Below the pieces are notes generated by a model. That model was given only the letters and a program-made list of their open reading frames with translations, did no database searches and was not told the origin of the DNA. A DNA stretch of 20,000 nt, taken from the IMG/VR virus record IMGVR_UViG_3300032093_000081, one strand, 5' to 3'. Made by a program: the position numbers and the translations under genes. This document shows positions 7,606 through 14,806 of this stretch, in pieces (the first letter of the stretch is position 1; each line of letters opens with the position of its first letter). Source of the DNA: an uncultured virus (IMG/VR IMGVR_UViG_3300032093_000081) (lineage: Duplodnaviria > Heunggongvirae > Uroviricota > Caudoviricetes).

Positions 7606-8322
7606 TTATTCTTGGTTTGTTTGAATCCTGTTCTCTGCAGCTTGAGATTGAAGTTGATTTTCGGTTGAATGAGAAGCGAATTTGACAGCTAAATCAACTA
7701 AGTCTGATTTAGCATAATAAGGAAGTTCACAATCTTGTCTTACTGATGCCTGTCCGTTTACTTTAACGTAGCCTTCTATGTCTATGGCTTTAGGATATCG
7801 TAAGTAAGTAAGATAAAGAACTTCCGGCACAAATTTGCCGTCTGTGTAAACTGTAAGTTTGTCGTTACCTAGCGTAGCTAAAGTTTTTCTCCATTCAAAA
7901 GATGGCGCAAAGTTCGTATCAAAATACAGCGTACTCAAGTCATTCTGTCGAACTAAATCGACTACCAACTCTGCGGCACAGTCACCCTTTTTAGCTCGTA
8001 TGTACGATGAAATGTATTTCATGTACTTTAACGAGCTGTCCAAAGCAGCGCTATACCCTTTATACAAAGAATCAGTGATTCCAACTAGTGTGATAGGAGC
8101 AAACTCTACCTTCAAAGACTGAAGGTCGTCTATCCTTTTTATGGTTTCCTCATAACCCGTTTTGAGAGGGTTATTTGGGCTTATTCGGCTTTCTACCCAG
8201 AAAATCTGAGCCCTGTTGAGAAACAATACAATATCCTCTACCGGGACAACTTGATTGTCCTCGCGCTCTATCTTGTTAAAAGACAGACGGAAGTCGTACA
8301 GGAGTTCTTCAACAGCAATCAC
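7606..8322 (-). CDS. Tail ring protein (crAss-like 'gene 74'-type)
   Basis: 238 aa, GTG start. Motifs EDIVLFLNRAQ, GYEETIKRIDDLQSL, YLTYLRYPKAI and CELPYYAKSDLVDLAV are characteristic of crAss-like ring proteins. Confidence 0.75.
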   Translation of the reverse strand: MIAVEELLYDFRLSFNKIEREDNQVVPVEDIVLFLNRAQIFWVESRISPNNPLKTGYEETIKRIDDLQSLKVEFAPITLVGITDSLYKGYSAALDSSLKYMKYISSYIRAKKGDCAAELVVDLVRQNDLSTLYFDTNFAPSFEWRKTLATLGNDKLTVYTDGKFVPEVLYLTYLRYPKAIDIEGYVKVNGQASVRQDCELPYYAKSDLVDLAVKFASHSTENQLQSQAAENRIQTNQE

Positions 8323-8333
8323 AGGTTTTCAGA

Positions 8334-9338
8334 TTAAGAGCCGCTAAGGTTTACTTTGTCTTTGAGTTTCTGTTTGAAAGATTTAAGTATCTCAGAATTT
8401 ACCGGATCTGCAAGGAACAGTTCAAACTCTTCAATAGACTTAGCCCAAACATGGTCTCCTTCGGAAACAATAGTTCCCTGAATACGTACAATGTTATAAG
8501 ATACCAAATCCTTAATGAGTACTTTTACATTAAGAATAGTATCAGAATAAGAAGTAACCCTGATAAAACTAGCTATTGGGTCAGTCTGCATTGTAGATGC
8601 CGGAGTCCTCAAATACTCATCAATAGCATTGTAGACTTCTTCATCAGTAGCAGTATTTGGAATTCCAAGGCCAAGCATGATTTGTACTTTGCGCCTTTTT
8701 AGTTCAGACATACCATCCAATGCTGCGATAGCACTGTTGATTTTCTTTTTACGTTCAAAGGCAAGTTTGTTTTCGATGTTAGAATCATGGACATAGAATT
8801 TGATTTGATTAGAATTAAATTCTCCTGATTCAAGAGCATCTTTGCTTGGAGCGATTTGTTCGGTTTCTAAAAGCCAAAAAAAGTTTACTGCCTGTAAAGG
8901 ATTATTCATATTGAAGATATTGTCTTTATCCTCTAAGGTGTGGCCGTTTTCTTTTATTTGGTCGTAAAAGGTACTATTTGGCTCTAAAGACTCTCCAAGC
9001 ATAAACTCGTAATGCGCCTTCAATGCCTGAATGCGTTTCTTTTCTTGAGCTTTTACTTGAGGGTCTTTGATGTTTTCGATTTTAATTGATTCGGGATTTA
9101 ATCCGGTACGGATAACACCCCTGCTATCTGTACGAGGATAAAACCTTCTTCCTGTACCGGGAATTAAAGAATAGCCCTGCCGGTACAAAGAGCCATCTAA
9201 TGTGTTTGGATTACCCGGCTCCCTAAGATAAGGACGAATAATCTTTACAGTAGCTAAATAACTGTCAATATCGACAGCTTCTACTTCAAGTTCAGGACTT
9301 TGATAGCCCTCTGTTGGTTGGTTTGGTTTTCTTGACAT
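8334..9338 (-). CDS. Conserved crAss-like protein downstream of MCP ('gene 75'-like)
   Basis: 334 aa immediately after the MCP. Motifs IRTGL, FNMNNPLQ, QIAPS, KFYVHD, KKKINSAIAAL, VKVLIKDLVSYNIVR and FLADPVNSEIL. Confidence 0.65.
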   Translation of the reverse strand: MSRKPNQPTEGYQSPELEVEAVDIDSYLATVKIIRPYLREPGNPNTLDGSLYRQGYSLIPGTGRRFYPRTDSRGVIRTGLNPESIKIENIKDPQVKAQEKKRIQALKAHYEFMLGESLEPNSTFYDQIKENGHTLEDKDNIFNMNNPLQAVNFFWLLETEQIAPSKDALESGEFNSNQIKFYVHDSNIENKLAFERKKKINSAIAALDGMSELKRRKVQIMLGLGIPNTATDEEVYNAIDEYLRTPASTMQTDPIASFIRVTSYSDTILNVKVLIKDLVSYNIVRIQGTIVSEGDHVWAKSIEEFELFLADPVNSEILKSFKQKLKDKVNLSGS

Positions 9339-9349
9339 GGTTGGTTTTT

Positions 9350-9382
9350 AAAGAAAGGGAAGAGGCCGAAACCTCTTCCCTT
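9350..9382 (-). terminator. Intrinsic terminator after the major capsid gene
   Basis: Minus strand AAGGGAAGAGGT-TTCG-GCCTCTTCCCTT-TCTTT: a 12-bp stem with a UUCG loop and T-rich tail, about 10 nt after the MCP stop. Confidence 0.85.
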
Positions 9383-9392
9383 GAATTTTAGT

Positions 9393-10922
9393 TTAGAAAC
9401 GTGGGTACTCTTTCATGATTACAGTACGGGTAGGGTCTTCAAGGAAGACGCCACACCAGTCTTTCATCAGATAAGTAGAGTACGGGTCTTTGCTGGCAAT
9501 CACAGTCTGAGACTGACCGAAGCCTACTGAACCCGGGATATACTGATAGTACATGTTAGGACGAGTAGAAAGCTTTACCTGACGGATGCCTGCATCATCT
9601 TGGCCGGATACGTCCATGATAATGTAGATAGGCGGAACCTTCTTATTCGGGCCAAGTTCCAAGAAAGTAGCGTGCATATTAAGCTGCTCCAATTCAATGA
9701 ATTCTACAGGGCCAGTTTCAGTAGTCATGTAGTGGTCAAACTGGAAAGCATAACCTTGCTTCAAGCGGTCTTTTCCATCCATGAACTTATCGGCATTAAC
9801 CATAAAGTTTTGGTTGTTGAAGTCCTTACGGATAGCGGCAGAAGCTTGTTCCATACCGGCACGGTTGGTGTAAATCTTCACACGACGCTCGCCTACTTTA
9901 ACACGGTTGTAGAAAAGGTCACCTACTGCAGAACGAATCATGTTCAAAGTAAACTGGCCTTTGTCGTACATTTCTACGTTACCAAGGTGAAGCTGTTGCC
10001 AAATACCTTGTTTAGCGCGAGTAGGACGACCTTTTTCGTCACGGCCATTACCTTGGCGGCCAAACACAAGCATGTTGGCTTTCATGCGCATCATCTCCAT
10101 ACGAAGCAGACGAGACACAGTGGGTTCCCAACCTACAATCTTAGTTTTTTCACCTTCTGCCATAGGGTCAGTTATAGTGTAATAAGTAAGATCCATAGGG
10201 TTGCCGGAAGCGTCTGTAGGCATACCAAGTTTAGTAGCATCTGCCCAATCAGTGATAGTGTGTTCTACACCGTACTGTTGCAGTACGTCAGCCATTACTT
10301 CAAGGTCGCCATCAAACAGACCCAAGCTGGAGAAAGAAGTAGTGTATTCACCAAGAGCGTTACCAATCTTGAAGTACTCCACACCTACTTGAAGGAATCG
10401 GCTATCTACGTAATCGGAAGCAGTTGCGCCTACAGCGATACATTTGAATTTGAATGCATTCTGAAAACGTTCTCCTTCTGAAATGATTTGAATTTGAGTT
10501 TCTTGTTCGTAACGATGTGCGCTGATGATATCGTTGATTACAAAAGCGTTTTTGTCGAATACAATCTCAAATACCTGACCGTCAATACCTGCTTTAGAGC
10601 TGGTAAGGTTAGGAGTGGCAACAATCTTAGGGAGTTCTGCCCGCTTTTTGATTTTGTAAGTAAAGACGCCGTTAGGGTCATTCACAAAGAAAGGCTTCTG
10701 ACTACGAGTAATCAAGTCGAGAAAGTCGTTAGAGTACAGGCGAGTATCTGTAAACAGACGAATCATCGCTTTGTCGTACTGGTCGGGCTTAGTCTTGAGC
10801 ATGGTCTCAACGAAGTTTTTGTCGGTGAGTTTGCCCAAGCCATTCTTAGAGTAGAATGAACTTGTCATGTGAGCGTTAGCTATGACGCGCCCGTTAATCC
10901 TTGGAATGCTTTGGTTTGGCAT
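9393..10922 (-). CDS. Major capsid protein (crAss-like, HK97 fold)
   Basis: 509 aa, placed after the portal and scaffold-like genes and followed by a strong terminator. It has the strongest codon bias in the window. Motifs include GIDGQVFEIVFDKNAF, ANMLVFGR, QGIWQQL, KIYTNRAG, GYAFQFDHY, YIPGSVG and GVFLEDPTRTVIM. Confidence 0.9.
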   Translation of the reverse strand: MPNQSIPRINGRVIANAHMTSSFYSKNGLGKLTDKNFVETMLKTKPDQYDKAMIRLFTDTRLYSNDFLDLITRSQKPFFVNDPNGVFTYKIKKRAELPKIVATPNLTSSKAGIDGQVFEIVFDKNAFVINDIISAHRYEQETQIQIISEGERFQNAFKFKCIAVGATASDYVDSRFLQVGVEYFKIGNALGEYTTSFSSLGLFDGDLEVMADVLQQYGVEHTITDWADATKLGMPTDASGNPMDLTYYTITDPMAEGEKTKIVGWEPTVSRLLRMEMMRMKANMLVFGRQGNGRDEKGRPTRAKQGIWQQLHLGNVEMYDKGQFTLNMIRSAVGDLFYNRVKVGERRVKIYTNRAGMEQASAAIRKDFNNQNFMVNADKFMDGKDRLKQGYAFQFDHYMTTETGPVEFIELEQLNMHATFLELGPNKKVPPIYIIMDVSGQDDAGIRQVKLSTRPNMYYQYIPGSVGFGQSQTVIASKDPYSTYLMKDWCGVFLEDPTRTVIMKEYPRF

Positions 10923-10972
10923 ATCGAATTGTAATTAGGTTTTCTTAATTAAAAGCTAACGCTTCTTTGAAA

Positions 10973-12193
10973 TCACTTCTTAAAAAAGTATTTCTCAAAA
11001 CTGTTTGCAGTACTCTTAGAAGGAGTCCTCAGACTTGTCTTCTTAGTCTTGTTTTGCAGTTCTTTGAAAATTTCATTGGTTTCTTTTGTTACCGCAGTCC
11101 TTTTCACAGGAGTCAAGTCTAAATCTGACTGAAGAAGTTTAGCAAAGGCCAAAAACTTTTTAGGGTCTTCATGCCGGAGTTTTGCTAACTTATATTCAAA
11201 ACTGGTTATTTTTTGTCCGTTTTGCAGAGTGTAAACTTTGTTATCAATGAACGCAATAAGCTCAGTAGCATCTTTAGGAGATACAGGGTAGCCCTCTAGG
11301 TCTCCTTCTTTTACAGCATCAGTGATTACTTTTTTATAAGTATCGCGGCGTTGGCGTTCTATCTGTTCTTGCTGCTCTCGTTGTTGACGAGCCTGTTCTG
11401 CCATTTGCTCACGTTGCTTCTTTGATGCCTGAACAAGTTTAGAATGATACTTAGTAGCGTAGTCATCAAGTTTGTCGTTGTCTACTGCAAACTTGATTCG
11501 GTCTTCTGCCTCCTCTTCGTCTACTCCGGTACGAACCAGATATTCGCGCATCACAGCAATCTTTGTCTGCTCTTGGCTTAAATCTAAGTCTTCCAAATCA
11601 ACTTGTTCTTGGAAACGCGACAAATATTGAGGGATAGATACTCCACTAATTAAAATGTCTTTAATAAGTTGGATTCCTTCTTCTCCATGACGTTCAAGAG
11701 CAAGATTTTCAATCATCTCAAAAGCTTTGGTTTCAATAGTGTTTTCAAATTTTTCCATGAAAACTTCTTGATTCCATTCTACTTTTTCCGGGTCTTCATC
11801 TTCATCTAAGAGAAGAACTCCTCCTTTAGCTAAAGCTTTCCCAAACTCAGAAAAAGCATTAAAACCTTCTTCTTCATCTGCGTCTCCTTTAATTAAATTA
11901 GTTTCTTCTTCCTCCTCATCCTCTTCTAAGTCATCTAAACTTTCAGGTTCTTTTTCAGCAGCTTTTGGTTTAGCTACTTGAAGGTTGGGGTCAGTGTCCT
12001 TAGATTGAGGTTCAGCCGGCTCTTTGGGGTCAGGTAAAGGCAAAAGCTCGTCATCGTCTCCTAAAATATCAGGAGCAATGTTAGCATTTGGATCATCTGT
12101 CCCTAATTCAACATCATCGTCGTCTCCTACGAAATTAAAGAACTCAAGACTGTCCAAGTCTTCCTTTTTGGAAAGTGCGGTTTCAGTACTCAT
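10973..12193 (-). CDS. Acidic scaffold-like protein (crAss-like 'gene 77'-type)
   Basis: 406 aa with a very D/E-rich low-complexity N-terminus and a coiled-coil C-terminal half. It lies between portal and MCP. Confidence 0.65.
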   Translation of the reverse strand: MSTETALSKKEDLDSLEFFNFVGDDDDVELGTDDPNANIAPDILGDDDELLPLPDPKEPAEPQSKDTDPNLQVAKPKAAEKEPESLDDLEEDEEEEETNLIKGDADEEEGFNAFSEFGKALAKGGVLLLDEDEDPEKVEWNQEVFMEKFENTIETKAFEMIENLALERHGEEGIQLIKDILISGVSIPQYLSRFQEQVDLEDLDLSQEQTKIAVMREYLVRTGVDEEEAEDRIKFAVDNDKLDDYATKYHSKLVQASKKQREQMAEQARQQREQQEQIERQRRDTYKKVITDAVKEGDLEGYPVSPKDATELIAFIDNKVYTLQNGQKITSFEYKLAKLRHEDPKKFLAFAKLLQSDLDLTPVKRTAVTKETNEIFKELQNKTKKTSLRTPSKSTANSFEKYFFKK

Positions 12194-12207
12194 ACAGGTT
12201 GGTATTT

Positions 12208-12232
12208 CAAAGTTAATGTTAGTTTTTTCAAA
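12208..12232 (-). promoter_or_regulatory. Bacteroidota-type promoter element (TTTG-N13-TAACTTTG) for the scaffold/MCP genes
   Basis: Minus strand GTTTG aaaaaactaacat TAACTTTG aaataccaacctgt ATG, in the 90-bp intergenic gap. Confidence 0.65.
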
Positions 12233-12242
12233 CGTTTTATGT

Positions 12243-12263
12243 TATAGATAATTGCTATCTATA
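12243..12263. repeat. 8-bp inverted repeat TATAGATA-N5-TATCTATA
   Basis: Seen directly between the portal stop and the scaffold promoter. It is AT-rich with no U tract. Confidence 0.55.
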
Positions 12264-12283
12264 TTATGGGGTTTTTATATGTT

Positions 12284-14746
12284 TTAGTTTTTATTTGTTC
12301 GCGCAATTTTAAGATTGGTCTCTATTTCTTTTTCTTTAATGTCCATCTTCCTATCCTCTTGGTCAAGCTTACGTTGTTTTTCATATTTAGTAAACCTATC
12401 CATAGATTCTTTTCTCATGCCTTCCGCTTCTTTCATAAGAAGAGGAGTTAAATCTTTATCTGGAGAGAAAGAAGATTCATTGGCAATGCCTCTAAGTCTT
12501 TCCACATCAAGGCGGTTTTGACGATCCAGTTCTTTATTGCGGTCTTCACGCAAGGCTTGGTCTTGGTACTTACGTTCTTCTGCTTCAATCCGCTCTTGAG
12601 CGATACGTTCCTGAGACTGAACAGCTTCTTGCTGCTGCTGCATTTGCTGTTGCTGCATAGCGGCTTTACGTTTTTGAATTTGGTCAAGAACTTTTTTAAG
12701 ACTGCGTTCTGAAGTAGCAGTAAACAATTCAAACACTTCTGAAAGTTCTGCTCCATTTTGCATAGCCGGTTGAGCAAGCTGTTTAAGCTGTTCAAGAGTC
12801 TGTCTGTCTTCTGAGTAAGAGGTAACAAAAACAAAAAACTTACGAAGAAGCTCATCCTTAGTTACAGATAAGAAAACTGATTCTAATTCAGAGTTTAAAT
12901 AGTTAATCGTCGATGTGGGTTTATGAAGAGCAATATATTGAGCTGTTTCAAGAAGACACTGATATACTTCTTGAAGAACTACATCATGGGTATGATAATA
13001 AGGTTCAGTTTGAGCAAATGATTGTTGAAGGCTTGAGTTTACGCCGGTAGCACTTTCGGAAGCCATTACAGTTCCAAGACGCTGACGAGTAAAGCCTACC
13101 AGTTCATAACATTCATATTTTAGTGCCTGGGCTAATTGAATCCTTGCTTGTATTTCTCCTGAACGGCTCAAATCCAAGCGAGTCATTTGATTGAATTGTA
13201 CTGGACCTCCTGTGTTTTCTAAAGAAGAATCAATTAGGATAGTGCCTTTTTCCCGGGCATTCCAAAGCATCATTTCAATAGGGTCGTCTGAATCTTTGTT
13301 TGGGACAAGCTTCATATCTCCCAAAAACACAACGCCTATTTCTTTTTCAAGAAGTTCCCAAATCTGGTTTAAACAGATATTGTAAAGAATCTGAAAAGGC
13401 TTAATCAAGTCAACTAAGCTTTTTCCTTGAGTGTTCCTTGTAGTGTTTACAATTCCAATAATAGGAGCGTAGTCTAAATAGTCTAAAGGTTTATGTTCTA
13501 CGTAGATATCCGCACCAATCTTAACTCCGGTTCTCCATTGGTTAATCCAAAAAGATTCTAAATCAATATCTCCGGCTTTACGGTCAAATTTATAATCTTG
13601 GGATACAAACATGGTTTGAATGTATCCGTCTTCATCTATATAGCTGCGTTTAAAGATTTTTTTCTTTGACAGATAGTATGCCGTTACGCACGTATAGGCG
13701 TTTTGAGAGTTAAACGAGAATACGTTATGGTCAATATTACCGTTTGCAAAATCACCTACATTTTCAAAAGTAAGTTGCCAAAGAGGGTCGTTAGGATTAG
13801 GAAGAGCGGGAGCTAAAGGAGAATATTCGTTATTGCGAAGATTCTGAAGTGTCTTTTTATTAAGATGCTCAATCTCTTCTGCAGTAAGTTGCCACCTGTC
13901 TATGATTTCACTTATTGTCAGTACTTCAATAGTTCCAATAGCCCAACAATCTTTTGTAGTAAAAGAGTTTCGGTTAGACAGATACCATACGTTAGAAGGG
14001 TTTTCTACCCGATAGTCAAAGCCTAATTCATTTTGATAAGGTATGATATGATGGAATTGCTGATTGGTAATCAGAAAATCCAAAAACCCCCTAGTGCTTT
14101 TATCTTTTAATTTGAAGTTGTGTTTAAGTGCTCCTAAGATTTTATTGCCCCAAATTTCTCCTGCAGAAGTATAATCTAAGATTTTACGCTGCATCTCTTC
14201 AGTCATCTGCTGTCGAGCTTCTTCAATTTGTTCTGGGGGCACTCCCTCTAACTGCGCTTCTATTTTAGCAAGGAAGTATTCTTCAATCATTTGTGTCCTA
14301 AAGTCAATAGTTTCGTCTACGCTATGACTATCTACTGCTTTGACACGATACTTAAAGGGGCGATTTATTAATCCCCCTAACATATCATTTACTGGGGAAT
14401 TAAGAATAGAATAATGCTTTAAGTGAGCCGGTACTTCAGGTTGTTCATTTGGAGTGTCTTCAATTATTGAAAGAAGGTCTTGAATACTCTCTTCTGACAT
14501 GTAATCATTAAAATCAAACTCCCCATTTACCAGACGATAGTTACGGCGAAACTTTGCATTTTGTTTATACTGAGCAAAAGCAATGTTAGAAAAGTAATCC
14601 ATAGTTCTTTTTATGAACCATGCTTTTTCTTTTGTCTTTTCTGATACGAACTGGTCAGGGTATATATAGGATTGGTTTATCGCATCCGAATCTCCGACTC
14701 CATGTTTGTCGCCTTGGACATCTGCGGTTAAACTATCTATAATCAT
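12284..14746 (-). CDS. Portal protein (crAss-like)
   Basis: 820 aa directly after TerL. Motifs NYRLVNGEFD, LKHYSILNSPVNDMLG, WINQWRTGVKIG, SLVDLIKPFQILYNI, QFNQMTRLDLS and LVGFTRQRLG, plus a Q/E-rich coiled-coil C-terminus. Confidence 0.92.
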   Translation of the reverse strand: MIIDSLTADVQGDKHGVGDSDAINQSYIYPDQFVSEKTKEKAWFIKRTMDYFSNIAFAQYKQNAKFRRNYRLVNGEFDFNDYMSEESIQDLLSIIEDTPNEQPEVPAHLKHYSILNSPVNDMLGGLINRPFKYRVKAVDSHSVDETIDFRTQMIEEYFLAKIEAQLEGVPPEQIEEARQQMTEEMQRKILDYTSAGEIWGNKILGALKHNFKLKDKSTRGFLDFLITNQQFHHIIPYQNELGFDYRVENPSNVWYLSNRNSFTTKDCWAIGTIEVLTISEIIDRWQLTAEEIEHLNKKTLQNLRNNEYSPLAPALPNPNDPLWQLTFENVGDFANGNIDHNVFSFNSQNAYTCVTAYYLSKKKIFKRSYIDEDGYIQTMFVSQDYKFDRKAGDIDLESFWINQWRTGVKIGADIYVEHKPLDYLDYAPIIGIVNTTRNTQGKSLVDLIKPFQILYNICLNQIWELLEKEIGVVFLGDMKLVPNKDSDDPIEMMLWNAREKGTILIDSSLENTGGPVQFNQMTRLDLSRSGEIQARIQLAQALKYECYELVGFTRQRLGTVMASESATGVNSSLQQSFAQTEPYYHTHDVVLQEVYQCLLETAQYIALHKPTSTINYLNSELESVFLSVTKDELLRKFFVFVTSYSEDRQTLEQLKQLAQPAMQNGAELSEVFELFTATSERSLKKVLDQIQKRKAAMQQQQMQQQQEAVQSQERIAQERIEAEERKYQDQALREDRNKELDRQNRLDVERLRGIANESSFSPDKDLTPLLMKEAEGMRKESMDRFTKYEKQRKLDQEDRKMDIKEKEIETNLKIARTNKN

Positions 14747-14773
14747 TTTTTTGAATTTTGAGAAGTGGTTTCA

Positions 14774-14798
14774 CAAATTTAATGTATTTTAAAACAAA
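14774..14798 (-). promoter_or_regulatory. Bacteroidota-type promoter element (TTTG-N13-TAAATTTG) for the portal gene
   Basis: Minus strand GTTTG ttttaaaatacat TAAATTTG tgaaacc..., in the 60-bp gap between TerL and portal. Confidence 0.65.
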
Positions 14799-14806
14799 CC
14801 CGTTTT

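Noticed and set aside
9600..10859. Long plus-strand ORFs (293 aa and 123 aa) antisense to the major capsid gene
   Set aside because: They are in codon register with the MCP and are explained by its strong codon bias (few TTA/CTA/TCA codons, so few antisense stops). They have no recognisable motifs or promoter.
12448..12855. 135 aa same-strand alternative-frame ORF inside the portal 3' end (also 6006-6212 and 18136-18366)
   Set aside because: These lie wholly or almost wholly within well-supported genes. I identified no convincing frameshift signal or protein features.
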